Below are positions 50,102 through 60,244 of a DNA stretch of 64,000 bases, in pieces (positions within the stretch are counted from its first letter, which is position 1; each line of letters starts with the position of its first letter). A program made the translations under genes and the position numbers. Below the pieces are notes generated by a model. That model did no database searches. It was not told the DNA's origin and worked only from the letters and a program-made list of their open reading frames with translations. Origin of the DNA: Candidatus Moraniibacteriota bacterium (GTDB taxonomy: Bacteria; Patescibacteriota; Minisyncoccia; Moranbacterales; GCA-2747515); NCBI GenBank assembly GCA_046116545.1, contig CP175956.1, positions 769,734-833,733 on the forward strand, given 5' to 3'.

Positions 50102-50557
50102 TTATGAAATAGAAATGATTTCATATTTAACAGTCCCTCCTGGAGTCTCTACATCAACACTATCATCTTCTTTTGCTCCTATAAGAGCTTGTCCAATAGG
50201 TGATTCATTTGAAATTTTTCTTTCTTGTGGATTTGCTTCATTTGACCCAACTATTTCAAATACATACTCCTGACCATTAGCTTTCACAGTAACTTTTGAA
50301 CCAATTTGAGCTGATTCATCACTGTCATCATGCTCTACAACACGAGAATCTTTTATGATAACATCAAGCTCTGCAATACGAGTCTCATTTTCAGCCTGTC
50401 TTTCCTTTGCAGCTGAGTACTCTGCATTTTCAGATAAATCACCCTGATCCTTTGCTTCTTTTATAGCACCCGCAATTTCCTGACGTATAGCAACTGTACG
50501 TTCTTCATATTCATTTTGTAATTTTTCTAATCCTTCTTTTGTAACTAATCTTGACAT
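50102..50557 (-). CDS. greA: transcription elongation factor GreA
   Basis: N-terminal coiled-coil with the acidic tip DLSENAEY, plus a C-terminal FKBP-like domain. Confidence 0.8.
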   Translation of the reverse strand: MSRLVTKEGLEKLQNEYEERTVAIRQEIAGAIKEAKDQGDLSENAEYSAAKERQAENETRIAELDVIIKDSRVVEHDDSDESAQIGSKVTVKANGQEYVFEIVGSNEANPQERKISNESPIGQALIGAKEDDSVDVETPGGTVKYEIISIS

Positions 50558-50762
50558 AATATTTCTTTTTTACTATTTTAACTAATTAAAAACACACGAA
50601 CAATGCGCATGTTTTTTAATATGCTTCCACTATATATCAAACATATATTTGCGTCAAATGTTTTTTAGTATCATTATCTTGACATTTTCCAACATTACTT
50701 TTACTATTCAAAAATTAACCATTTGCTATTTAATAACAATAAATAAACTTTGGAGATTTCTA

Positions 50763-50993
50763 ATGAACACTAATAATTACGTTTACTGCGAAACTTGTGA
50801 TATTTGGTACAACAAAGCACTCAAGGAACGCGGAAACAGGGAAAGAACAGAGACACAAAAATCCAAATATCCTACAATACCTTTTATTATTATTGACTGT
50901 CCATTATGCAAATCCAAAAAAGTTCTTTCAGTGTCAAGACAAATGAACATTGACTCAAGTCACTTGGTAAATTTATACAGACAATCTAAATAA
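50763..50993 (+). CDS. small zinc-ribbon protein (CxxC...CxxC)
   Basis: Start taken at MNTNNYVYCETCDIWYN, which follows GGAG, then ...IIDCPLCKSKK. The track ORF begins upstream at 50649. Confidence 0.4.
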   Translation: MNTNNYVYCETCDIWYNKALKERGNRERTETQKSKYPTIPFIIIDCPLCKSKKVLSVSRQMNIDSSHLVNLYRQSK

Positions 50994-51007
50994 TTACAGA
51001 TTTTCAA

Positions 51008-51050
51008 AAAGATCCCTCAATTAACAAATTGAGGGATCTTTATTATTTTA
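51008..51050. terminator. bidirectional rho-independent terminator
   Basis: Stem GATCCCTCAATT-aaca-AATTGAGGGATC, flanked by an A-run and TTTATTATTTT. It lies between the convergent zinc-ribbon and hpf genes. Confidence 0.65.
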
Positions 51051-51057
51051 AAAAATA

Positions 51058-51423
51058 TTAAAATCTAGCATTTTCATCTACTGTCATTTTTTTCTTAATT
51101 GACCTTCCACCTCGCCTTTTCAAATCTCTTGCCTTCTCAGTATCTCTTCTAATTTGAACTTTTAATTCTTGTTCAATAATATCTATACAAGCATTTATAT
51201 TTTGACATTTTTCCTCTGCACGATATTCAAATCCACTCTCCGATCGAACTGATACATTTAAATAAAATTCCCCATCTTTGCGTTGACTTATCTCAACACG
51301 AGCATCTCTTATATCTGTTAATTTTTCAAGTGAATTTAATTTTTCTTCAATATATTCTCTAGTAGCATCTCCCAACGGATCAATATTTTTGTGGTAATAT
51401 TCTACATTCATATCTTTAGTCAT
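51058..51423 (-). CDS. hpf: ribosome hibernation promoting factor / RaiA (YfiA) family
   Basis: 121 aa, with a beta-alpha-beta-beta-beta-alpha layout and YIEEKLNSLEKL ... VEISQ ... FYLNVSV typical of the sigma-54 modulation protein family. Confidence 0.5.
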   Translation of the reverse strand: MTKDMNVEYYHKNIDPLGDATREYIEEKLNSLEKLTDIRDARVEISQRKDGEFYLNVSVRSESGFEYRAEEKCQNINACIDIIEQELKVQIRRDTEKARDLKRRGGRSIKKKMTVDENARF

Positions 51424-51479
51424 TAATAAATTAATGCGTGATATTTAGCTCTGGTATATTTAATATTATTTAATAATTA

Positions 51480-52406
51480 TTAGAAACCAGCTAACACCAC
51501 TTCCTCCTTTAATTGTACATCAAACTCATCTCTTACGCGAGTCTTTGCCATTGCAGATAACTGTATGACTTGTTCTGCAGTGCCTTCGCCCATATTGATG
51601 AAATAATTCGCATGCTGAACACCAGCTTGCACATCACCTATTCTTTTTTGAAATAAACCACATGAATCAAGTAACCACCCAGCAGGGACTCTTCCTCCAT
51701 GAGATTTGCTTCCAGTATCACTCTCAAACATTTTTTGAACCTTTTCATCTACACTTGGATTCACAAAGAAAGAACCTGCACTTTTTATATTTTGAACTTG
51801 TCTTGAGTTCCTCCGCGCAATTATATTATACATATCTCTTTCAATTTTCTTTTTATCACCTAAATTTAAAATAAATGTAACACTAATGATGATATATTCT
51901 GGATTCTTTTTAAAGAAACTATTTCTATAACCAAAGTCACATTTTTCATTATCAAATATTGCAGTTTCACCAGTATTAGCATTCAATACGTGTACTTCTT
52001 TTATAATTTCCTTCATCTCTGTACCAAATGCACCCGCATTACCTCTCACAGAACCACCTACGGACCCAGGTATCCCTGTTAAATTCTCACCACCCGTCAA
52101 ACTATTCTCAGTTGCAAACATGAGTAAATCCATCAAATCAGTCCCAGCACCACACATAAGTTCACCACCATGCAACACCATGCTATTTATATGAATCTTT
52201 ATAACAAGTCCATCAAAACCATCATCAGAAAAAAGAACGTTGCTACCACCTGCCAATATAAAATGTTTAATTTCCTTTTCACGAGCAAATTTAATAGCTT
52301 CTTGTATATCATCAATGCTTTCCGCAAACACAAAATATCTAGCATTACCACCAATCTCAAATGTTGTATATTTCCTCAATGAAATATTTTCTTGTATATT
52401 TAACAT
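51480..52406 (-). CDS. murB: UDP-N-acetylenolpyruvoylglucosamine reductase
   Basis: LRKYTTFEIGGNARYF and ILAGGSNVLFSDDGFDGLVIKI (FAD-binding PCMH), plus a C-terminal MurB domain. Confidence 0.85.
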   Translation of the reverse strand: MLNIQENISLRKYTTFEIGGNARYFVFAESIDDIQEAIKFAREKEIKHFILAGGSNVLFSDDGFDGLVIKIHINSMVLHGGELMCGAGTDLMDLLMFATENSLTGGENLTGIPGSVGGSVRGNAGAFGTEMKEIIKEVHVLNANTGETAIFDNEKCDFGYRNSFFKKNPEYIIISVTFILNLGDKKKIERDMYNIIARRNSRQVQNIKSAGSFFVNPSVDEKVQKMFESDTGSKSHGGRVPAGWLLDSCGLFQKRIGDVQAGVQHANYFINMGEGTAEQVIQLSAMAKTRVRDEFDVQLKEEVVLAGF

Positions 52407-52411
52407 ATTTC

Positions 52412-53047
52412 TTAATCATTATCAGTTAATTTCTTTATGTTTTTGCCTTGTTTTTGATTTTCTGATTGCATATTTTGTAGAACAGTCAATCCATGATCAC
52501 TTGAATCATGTATTTTTATAAAAACTTCTTTATCCACAAAATATACTTGCACACCATTTTCAATCATTGTATCCAATGCAGATTCAACCAGCTCTTCACT
52601 TGATGGCTTCACAGAGTCCCTACTAACCCATTCACAATCACCCATTCCTTTTTTTTCATCACAATAAAAATCATCAAAATTGTCAATTTCATAAATGCTA
52701 CCACCGTTATCAAATTTCCTAAAATGTTCTTCACTTCCAATAACTATATAATATACATCACCAAATTTACCTTTATTAGTCCAGCCATCATTCATTTCAG
52801 GCACTAGAAACATAGATGCAAAAGCCTTGTCTGGTGTAGCAAAAATTACAGAGCCCTCATTTCCATCTCTATATTTTTTATTTAAAGAAGGATCAAATTC
52901 TTGAATATTTTTTTTACTCATACCACGATATAATTTTTGAGGTTTTTCAAATTGCTTCTCAATTATTTTTTCATGCTCAAAATTATCTGCCAATTCTTCA
53001 TCGGCTAATCTATCGATTTTATTTTGTTTTAGATTTTCAAAATTCAT
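52412..53047 (-). CDS. hypothetical protein
   Basis: 211 aa ORF. Confidence 0.35.
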   Translation of the reverse strand: MNFENLKQNKIDRLADEELADNFEHEKIIEKQFEKPQKLYRGMSKKNIQEFDPSLNKKYRDGNEGSVIFATPDKAFASMFLVPEMNDGWTNKGKFGDVYYIVIGSEEHFRKFDNGGSIYEIDNFDDFYCDEKKGMGDCEWVSRDSVKPSSEELVESALDTMIENGVQVYFVDKEVFIKIHDSSDHGLTVLQNMQSENQKQGKNIKKLTDND

Positions 53048-53076
53048 ACATTAATAATATCAATTTACTCAAAGAT

Positions 53077-53443
53077 TGTCATCCTGAACTTGTTTCAGGA
53101 TCTAAGTCATAAAGAAGCTGACAGATCTTTCCATTCACTATTAGATTCTGTAATTAAGTTATGTTTCCATTCTTTATGCCAATTTTTCAATTGTTTTTCT
53201 CTATTTAATGCACTCATCACATTTTCTGTTTGTTCAAAATAAACTAATTTATTTACATTGTACTTTTTAGTAAATCCATCCACAAGTTTATTTTTATGTT
53301 CATGCACTCTTTTTTGTAAATTTCCTGTTACTCCAATATATAAAACATTATTATATTGATTAGTTAATATATACACACAATATTGTTTCATAAAATTATA
53401 GTTTTATGATGCCATGAGATCCTGAAACAAGTTCAGGATGACA
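53077..53443 (-). mobile_element. GIY-YIG nuclease ORF (53107..53391, 94 aa) bounded by perfect 26-bp terminal inverted repeats TGTCATCCTGAACTTGTTTCAGGATC
   Basis: Left arm at 53077-53102 and right arm at 53418-53443 are exact reverse complements. Protein CVYILTNQYNNVLYIGVTGNLQKRVHEH matches the GIY-YIG (COG2827/YhbQ-like) motif. Mobility is inferred. Confidence 0.4.
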
Positions 53444-53449
53444 ATTTTT

Positions 53450-54790
53450 TTATTCTTTAATTATATCATAAACCTTCCAAATATCTCCGGCTCCCAGTGT
53501 TATAAATACATCATTTTCTGTTAAATTATTTTTCATCCAATCAGCCAACTCATCTACTGTGTGAATGTTTTGTTTTTTATCACAATTCACTTTGTCCACT
53601 AAATCTTGTGATGTAATATTTCCAACTATTTCACGTGCACTTGCAAAAATATCTAATACTATAACCTCGTCTGCAATACTGAGTGACTGTGCAAACTCTT
53701 CCAATAATGCTTCTGTTCTAGAAAATGTATGAGGATGAAATGCTGCTATTATATTTTTATCTTTAAATATCTCTATTGCAGTCTTTAAGGTTGCGCTGAC
53801 TTCTTCTGGATGATGTGCATAATCATCTATCAAAACTGCTCCATTTAAATTTCCTTTTTTTTCAAATCTACGAGATGTACCTACACACTTATTAATCCCC
53901 TCGCTTCCAGCGACTTCTTCATTTGTCACAAGTAAATTCATAAGCCACGCTGCTACTGCATTTTTTGCATTATGTAATCCGAATAATTGTGTTCTAATCT
54001 CATGATTCTCTCCACGAAACTTCACTGTTACCACTTGTCCATTTTCAACAACCTTTCTATCAGTAATACGACAATTATTCAATTCTCTTTCGCCATAAAA
54101 AAATACCTGACACTTAGCCGATAATGCCACATCACGCACATCATCGTCATCACCGTGAGCCACCAAAAATCCATCTTCTGGAATTTTAGTAACAAAATCA
54201 CTAAATGTTTTTTTATAAACTTCAAAATTCTCAAAAAAATCAGGATGATCAAAATCAACACTTGTCAAAATTACAGAAAAAGGATTGTAAAAAGCTAGTT
54301 TATTTTGATATTCATCCGCCTCTAAAATAAAATATTCTCCATCTCCACTATAAGCACCACCACCCCACGATTGTATTTTTGAACCCACAAGAGCTGTTGG
54401 ACTAAAACCTGCTTCAATAAATGCATGTGCTGTTAATGCTGTTACCGTAGTTTTACCATGAGTTCCACATACTGCTATGGTTTTTAATCCCTCAGTCAAT
54501 TTGCCAATAGCCTCAGGATAACTTAAAACCTCCAACGATAATTCATTGGCCTTTTGTAACTCTATATTATCAGTCTTAACTGCAGTAGTATGTACCACAA
54601 AATCAATATCATTTGTAATATGTCTTGCATCAAACTTATCAAAAACTTCAATGTTATTTGCTACTAGATTAGATACATAAAACCCATCACCTTCATCTGA
54701 CCCACTTACCACATTTCCTTTCTCTTTATAGATTTTAGCTAAAGCAGCTGTACCTGCACCACCGATTCCCACTATGTAGATTTTTTTCAT
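53450..54790 (-). CDS. murC: UDP-N-acetylmuramate--L-alanine ligase
   Basis: MKKIYIVGIGGAGTAALAK (GIGGxGMS-like), a Mur ligase central domain with GTHGKTT, and a C-terminal domain. The track ORF starts 7 codons upstream at 54811. Confidence 0.85.
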   Translation of the reverse strand: MKKIYIVGIGGAGTAALAKIYKEKGNVVSGSDEGDGFYVSNLVANNIEVFDKFDARHITNDIDFVVHTTAVKTDNIELQKANELSLEVLSYPEAIGKLTEGLKTIAVCGTHGKTTVTALTAHAFIEAGFSPTALVGSKIQSWGGGAYSGDGEYFILEADEYQNKLAFYNPFSVILTSVDFDHPDFFENFEVYKKTFSDFVTKIPEDGFLVAHGDDDDVRDVALSAKCQVFFYGERELNNCRITDRKVVENGQVVTVKFRGENHEIRTQLFGLHNAKNAVAAWLMNLLVTNEEVAGSEGINKCVGTSRRFEKKGNLNGAVLIDDYAHHPEEVSATLKTAIEIFKDKNIIAAFHPHTFSRTEALLEEFAQSLSIADEVIVLDIFASAREIVGNITSQDLVDKVNCDKKQNIHTVDELADWMKNNLTENDVFITLGAGDIWKVYDIIKE

Positions 54791-54820
54791 ATAAATATTT
54801 CTATAATTCAAAGCAACTTT

Positions 54821-55954
54821 TTAGTTTTCTTCAATCATTTTTTCAATTCCTGCTGCAATATTCATTGTTGCATCTGGATGATAAAAAGATTGTATATTTT
54901 CTATTAACTGCACTCGTAACTTCTCGTCACTTAACAATTCATTTATGTTTTCAACTAACATATTATTTCCAAGATTTGATTCTTCCAATACCATTGCACC
55001 TCCCACTTTTGAAATCTCATATGCATTCATATACTGATGGTTATTTGCACTTCTTGCAATAGGTATGAAAATTGCAACTTTCTTATTTGCTGCTATTTCT
55101 GTAATAGAATTTGCTCCAGATCTAGATACTACAATATCTGCTACTGCATAAGCGTCAGCCATTTCCTCACGATTCAAAAAAGGAACAGCTACATATTTAT
55201 GACGCCCTGATTTAAATCCAAATTCTGCTGCCATGCTTTTAGAATCTTCAAAATTATTTTCACCAGTTATATGCAATACCTGCGAAGTTCTAGTTAAATC
55301 TGCAAGGACTTTCACTACCGCTTCATTTATGACTTGTGCACCCTGACTGCCACCCATCACCAAAATCACTTTTTTTGACTCTGTAAATCCCCATTTTTCA
55401 CGACCTCTATGAATATCACCATTCATCATATCAAGTCTAATAGGATTTCCAGTTACAACTGTTTTATTATCAATGAAATATTCTTTACTTGTTTGATATG
55501 AAACAGCAACAAAACGTGATAACTTACCACAAATACGATTTGCCCATCCAGGAACAGCATCTGAATCATGTGTCAAAACTGGTATACGATAAATCCAAGC
55601 CGCTACAACAACTGGCACAGACGCATAACCACCTTTTGAAAATACTCCATCTGGCATAAAAATCAACAAATACCACAATGATTGCACTACACCAAAAGGA
55701 ATTCTAAATAAATCCAAAAAATACTGCATAGAAAAATACCTACGCATTTTCCCCGTCGTAACATTTTTTGTAATTATATCCATTTCTTTCATTGACTCTT
55801 CTGCTACATCACCCATCTGTGCTTTTGTACCTATATACAAAAATTCAACTTCATTATTATATTGTTTTTTTAATTCTTCAGCTACAGCGATAAGAGGAAA
55901 CACATGTCCGCCCGTTCCACCACCAGCAAGAACTATTCGTTTTTTATCACTCAT
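54821..55954 (-). CDS. murG: undecaprenyldiphospho-muramoylpentapeptide beta-N-acetylglucosaminyltransferase
   Basis: IVLAGGGTGGHVFPLIAVAEEL (G-loop), GT28 N- and C-domains, GGSQGA. Confidence 0.85.
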   Translation of the reverse strand: MSDKKRIVLAGGGTGGHVFPLIAVAEELKKQYNNEVEFLYIGTKAQMGDVAEESMKEMDIITKNVTTGKMRRYFSMQYFLDLFRIPFGVVQSLWYLLIFMPDGVFSKGGYASVPVVVAAWIYRIPVLTHDSDAVPGWANRICGKLSRFVAVSYQTSKEYFIDNKTVVTGNPIRLDMMNGDIHRGREKWGFTESKKVILVMGGSQGAQVINEAVVKVLADLTRTSQVLHITGENNFEDSKSMAAEFGFKSGRHKYVAVPFLNREEMADAYAVADIVVSRSGANSITEIAANKKVAIFIPIARSANNHQYMNAYEISKVGGAMVLEESNLGNNMLVENINELLSDEKLRVQLIENIQSFYHPDATMNIAAGIEKMIEEN

Positions 55955-56035
55955 TTATTTTTTTTACCCGATTAAATTAGTAACTCATTTACTATATGTT
56001 TTCATTATACATCATTTCAATCACTTTATTCAACT

Positions 56036-57217
56036 TTATTCTAACTTTGATTGTTTTGAAATATTCAACAATATACCGACTGAAATCAGAGTGAACATTA
56101 TTGATGTACCACCGTAACTTATAAAAGGAAGTGGTATCCCTGTTAGCGGCATTAATGCAGTTATAGCAGCTATATTCATAATAGCTTGTCCAACAATCCA
56201 AATTGTAATTCCTCCCGCTATCAGCTTTCCAAAAACATCTGGAGCAGTTGCTGCAATCTTCAATCCTCTCCATGCAAATAAAATAAATAAAATTATTATT
56301 CCAACAGCACCAAACATACCCAATTCTTCTGAAATGATTGCAAAAATCGAATCCCCCACAGGCTCTGGTAAATATAATCCTTTTTGTTTACTGTGTCCAA
56401 GTCCTAATCCGATAACACCACCACTACCTATTGCTATCAGAGCTTGTTGTATTTGATATCCAGTACCTTGCAAATCCGACTCTGGATTTATAAATGTAGT
56501 AAATCTCGCCATCCTATACGGCGCCATGGCAATAAGCATTATCAAACCAACAAATCCAGCTCCAACAATCATCATAATATGAGATATTCTAGCTCCTGCA
56601 AGGAAAAACATCCCTAATGCAATGAATACCAACATTGCTGTAGTTCCCACATCAGGCTGTAACAAAACCAAAAAACAAGCAAGTCCTATTATAAAAGAAA
56701 ATGACAATAAGCCATCATTAAAATCTGTAATAATTTTTTTACCCTTACCTGCGCACCAAGCTGCTACATACAATATGAGAGCTAATTTCATAAACTCAGC
56801 TGGCTGAAATGACATCGGACCAATTCCTATCCATCTGTTTGCTCCATAAGCCTCAGCACCTATGCCTGGCAAAAGAACTAGGAATAATAAAAATAAAGCA
56901 GCTGAAAAAATAAGTAATGCCCATTTGCGATAAATATGATAATCTATCTGACTAACTATGAACATACCAATAAATCCAAGTACAACACCTATCAATTGCC
57001 TCTTAAAGAAAAAGTAAGGATCATCAAAACGAACATCTGCATACACAATACCAGCAGATGAAATCATAAGAACTCCAAATAAAGTCAAAATACCCACAAC
57101 TCCAAAAAGCATTTTATCAGGAGCTCCGGCAACATAAAAAATATTTCTAGAAATTTTTGTTTTTGCTTTTTTCTTTGGTTTGATTATTCTATTTTTCTTC
57201 CTCTTGAACATAATCAT
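56036..57217 (-). CDS. ftsW: SEDS-family peptidoglycan glycosyltransferase (FtsW/RodA)
   Basis: 393 aa, 10 TM, with the conserved ...GIPLPFISYGGTS... near the C-terminus. Placed in the murG-murC neighbourhood. Confidence 0.8.
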   Translation of the reverse strand: MIMFKRKKNRIIKPKKKAKTKISRNIFYVAGAPDKMLFGVVGILTLFGVLMISSAGIVYADVRFDDPYFFFKRQLIGVVLGFIGMFIVSQIDYHIYRKWALLIFSAALFLLFLVLLPGIGAEAYGANRWIGIGPMSFQPAEFMKLALILYVAAWCAGKGKKIITDFNDGLLSFSFIIGLACFLVLLQPDVGTTAMLVFIALGMFFLAGARISHIMMIVGAGFVGLIMLIAMAPYRMARFTTFINPESDLQGTGYQIQQALIAIGSGGVIGLGLGHSKQKGLYLPEPVGDSIFAIISEELGMFGAVGIIILFILFAWRGLKIAATAPDVFGKLIAGGITIWIVGQAIMNIAAITALMPLTGIPLPFISYGGTSIMFTLISVGILLNISKQSKLE

Positions 57218-57230
57218 CTTTATATCATTT

Positions 57231-57374
57231 CTAACTAACCAGTTCTCATAAGTCGCAGTAAAATTTAGATTGTGGCGAAGATAAGAATATTAGGTGTGTT
57301 CGTAGACCCATCTCATATTTTTGTCAAAGCCACAATCTGAATTTTCAAGACTTGGTGGGGAGTGGTTAGTTAGA
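57231..57374 (-). ncRNA. nested inverted-repeat structure (~144 nt) between the trmD stop and the ftsW start; candidate structured RNA/attenuator
   Basis: Outer arms CTAACTAACCA (57231-57241) / TGGTTAGTTAG (57364-57374). Inner arms AGATTGTGGC (57267-57276) / GCCACAATCT (57329-57338). Confidence 0.3.
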
Positions 57375-58034
57375 AATGGTATTATTACTATTTTCCTTTC
57401 TCCACTGCTCAATTTTTTCATGATTTCCACTAAGTAATATTTCAGGCACTTTCCAATCATTAAATTCTTCTGGTTTTGTATAATGTGGATGTTCTTTGTA
57501 TCCATCTTCACTATGTGATTCATAAACAGCACTATCTTCATTGCCCAATACTTCAGGCAATAATCTCACTACACTATCAGCAATAACCATAGCACCTAAC
57601 TCTCCACCTGTAAGTACAAAATCTCCTATAGAAATCTCTTCATCTGCAATATGCTCCGCAACTCGATTATCTACTCCTTCATATCTACCACAAATAAATA
57701 TAAGATTATCATATTCTTTTAATCTCTCGGCGTCTCTCTGTGTATACCTACGACCCTTTGCACTAAGTAAAATAACCCTACTTTTATTATCATCTTTAAC
57801 TTTAGATTTTACATTCTCAACTGCATTATAAATTGGCTCAACTTGCATAACCATACCAGCACCACCACCATAGGGAGTATCATCTACATTTCCATGTTTA
57901 TTATTAGAAAATTCTCTAATATCATGAACACCAAAACTAACTGCACCCGATTGAACAGCTCTTTTCATAATTGAACCATTCAAATACGGCTCAACAATCT
58001 CTGGAAAAATTGTTAGGATATCTATTTTTTTCAT
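57366..58034 (-). CDS. trmD: tRNA (guanine37-N1)-methyltransferase
   Basis: MKKIDILTIFPE ... YGGGAGMVM (SPOUT knot region). The track ORF extends to 58079, but the internal Met is the typical TrmD start. Confidence 0.85.
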   Translation of the reverse strand: MKKIDILTIFPEIVEPYLNGSIMKRAVQSGAVSFGVHDIREFSNNKHGNVDDTPYGGGAGMVMQVEPIYNAVENVKSKVKDDNKSRVILLSAKGRRYTQRDAERLKEYDNLIFICGRYEGVDNRVAEHIADEEISIGDFVLTGGELGAMVIADSVVRLLPEVLGNEDSAVYESHSEDGYKEHPHYTKPEEFNDWKVPEILLSGNHEKIEQWRKENSNNTISN

Positions 58035-58140
58035 ATACACCATTGTAACACAAAAACCCTTCTTTGAAACAATGTTCAAAGAAGGGTTTAACTTCTATAT
58101 ATGTCTTACACTTTTTATTGCGTGTAAGTTATGACTAAAA

Positions 58141-59370
58141 TCAAGTATTGAAGAATTTCTCAATCATAGCTAACGCCATAATTTTCATTTCTTCCCTCAT
58201 AGTACTCTGTTTTTTCAAGAATATTTGCTCATTATCATGAGCAAGCCATACCTCTCTACCATTGGGTAGAATGAATACCTTTGCCAAAGCTCCTACAAGT
58301 TTATTATTTATAGAATCTTTTGAGCTAGTATCACCTACTAACTCTGTATCCTCTGTTATATGTCGAAAAACTCCACCATTACTGGTAATGAGATCTACCA
58401 AAGAGCATACCTCACCCCATTTCAATCCTAATTTATCAATGGCTTGTTTGTACTTATCCAAAAAACCATCGACATCTTCTTGTGTCTCTACATACATATC
58501 TTTCACAGGAGATTCATGAATCCAAGATACCTCTCCCGATGTAACTGTTTTATTTCCAATGATTTGAATATCAGAAATGTCAATTTCAATCCTTTTTTTA
58601 ATGACAGCATCCGCCATCAACAATTCATCTGCAGTTTCTTCTTCAAATATCTTCATAGAAGATTTGAAAAAGATTAAGTCAAAATTGTGGGCAATCCACA
58701 CTTCGTCTTTGTTGGGCAAAATAAATACCTTTGCCATGACCCCGTTAAATCGACTTCTTATATCACCACTCTGAAATAATTTCATTTCAGATGGCAAATC
58801 ACCAACTATGATACATTGCTTCAATCCAGATCCGTCCTCTACATATTTGAATAAACCCTCGTTTGCTAAAACCGATTCCTTAAGGAATCTAAGATTTGCA
58901 ATATCAATTTCTAACATCTCCAAAGCGTGTTCATACTTGCCAAAAAATTGAATTCCATCAAGGTATTGCTCCCGATAAGAGCTTGCTCCAACTGATTGTA
59001 ACCAAGAAACCATTCCGATGGGTGCAGGATTAACATGTTCAATTGTAATTCCATCAATTTCCATTGATCGATCCTTTACCTCAACTGTCTCAACTAGTTC
59101 ATCTTCCCTGCAAATATTTGGAATTCTCAATCTTGCGTCTTTATATATAACATATGGATCTTGAAGATTGTTAAGTTTTGCAATATCTATATGCTTCATA
59201 TACGAACCACATTCATTTTTGGCAATTTTGCCAAGAGTGTCTCCACCACTGATATCATACCAGTAGAACTCTTCGGCAAATGCATCACCAACAAAAAATA
59301 ACATTGAAGCCATAATCCAAATCAAAGTTGATTTCATTTTTTTCTCCTGTTTTTTGTTAAGGTGCTTCAT
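58141..59370 (-). CDS. secreted LysM-domain protein with internal repeat
   Basis: Signal peptide, then YWYDISGGDTLGKIA...LRIP (LysM). The KVFILPN.EVW.AHN segment is repeated twice. Confidence 0.5.
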   Translation of the reverse strand: MKHLNKKQEKKMKSTLIWIMASMLFFVGDAFAEEFYWYDISGGDTLGKIAKNECGSYMKHIDIAKLNNLQDPYVIYKDARLRIPNICREDELVETVEVKDRSMEIDGITIEHVNPAPIGMVSWLQSVGASSYREQYLDGIQFFGKYEHALEMLEIDIANLRFLKESVLANEGLFKYVEDGSGLKQCIIVGDLPSEMKLFQSGDIRSRFNGVMAKVFILPNKDEVWIAHNFDLIFFKSSMKIFEEETADELLMADAVIKKRIEIDISDIQIIGNKTVTSGEVSWIHESPVKDMYVETQEDVDGFLDKYKQAIDKLGLKWGEVCSLVDLITSNGGVFRHITEDTELVGDTSSKDSINNKLVGALAKVFILPNGREVWLAHDNEQIFLKKQSTMREEMKIMALAMIEKFFNT

Positions 59371-59642
59371 TTATAATCAAATACAAAAAAATTTGTATAA
59401 AAAAACTCGCTTCTACGAGTACACTTAAATATACTACAAAATCAATAAAAAGTCAACCTAATTCTCTTACACCATGTCAAGCTGTGACATAGCAACTTCT
59501 TCTGGTATCTTCATGTTTAATGCTAGATGTAATTTTTCATTATACTAATAATCTAAATATTTATTTACTTTTTCATATATACAATCATAACAAAAAAACC
59601 CGTCCTTGAGACAATGCTCAATGGACAGGTCACCTCTATGCT

Positions 59643-60086
59643 CTAAATTTTATTACGTGGTTCATACATTTCATCATCCTTCATGGACAACAAGACATCT
59701 TTCAACATCTCCATTTTAGAGGCCTTCATAATACATTTAGAACATTGATTCAAGTCATCGTATCGCACAGAAGAGGCTACTTTTTTCAGCAATGATGAAC
59801 TTACTTGTTCAAAGAGATCTCCTTTCAGAATTTCCTCTTCTACTCCAACTGGAGTGTTTGTTGTATCAGTTGTATCAATAATCCTCACAACTTCTATAAC
59901 TGGATACTCAACTGCCTCCATAGAAACTCCACAATCCGTACATATTAGATGCATTGGATTTAAAACTTCTTCTCCTGTGTAAATATGGTGGAAAAAAATT
60001 GTAAATTCTTTTTCTTTACCATCAATTTCCATATCAATGGACCATTTACTTAACCCTAACTCATCTAGCATTGTATTTTGACTCAT
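59643..60086 (-). CDS. hypothetical protein
   Basis: 147 aa ORF. Confidence 0.35.
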   Translation of the reverse strand: MSQNTMLDELGLSKWSIDMEIDGKEKEFTIFFHHIYTGEEVLNPMHLICTDCGVSMEAVEYPVIEVVRIIDTTDTTNTPVGVEEEILKGDLFEQVSSSLLKKVASSVRYDDLNQCSKCIMKASKMEMLKDVLLSMKDDEMYEPRNKI

Positions 60087-60189
60087 TTTTTTCTCCCTAG
60101 TAAAATTGAGCTGATTATTATATTACAAAAAACACAACCATACATAATAGCATATTTTTACTAAAAAGTCAATGATGCTAAATCAAACA

Positions 60190-60217
60190 AAAACCACCCT
60201 CTTTTGGGTGGTTTTTT
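60190..60217. terminator. rho-independent terminator downstream of rplL
   Basis: AAACCACCC-tcttttg-GGTGGTTT flanked by T/A runs. Confidence 0.6.
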
Positions 60218-60244
60218 GTGCATGCGAAATTTTCTTTTGTAAGA

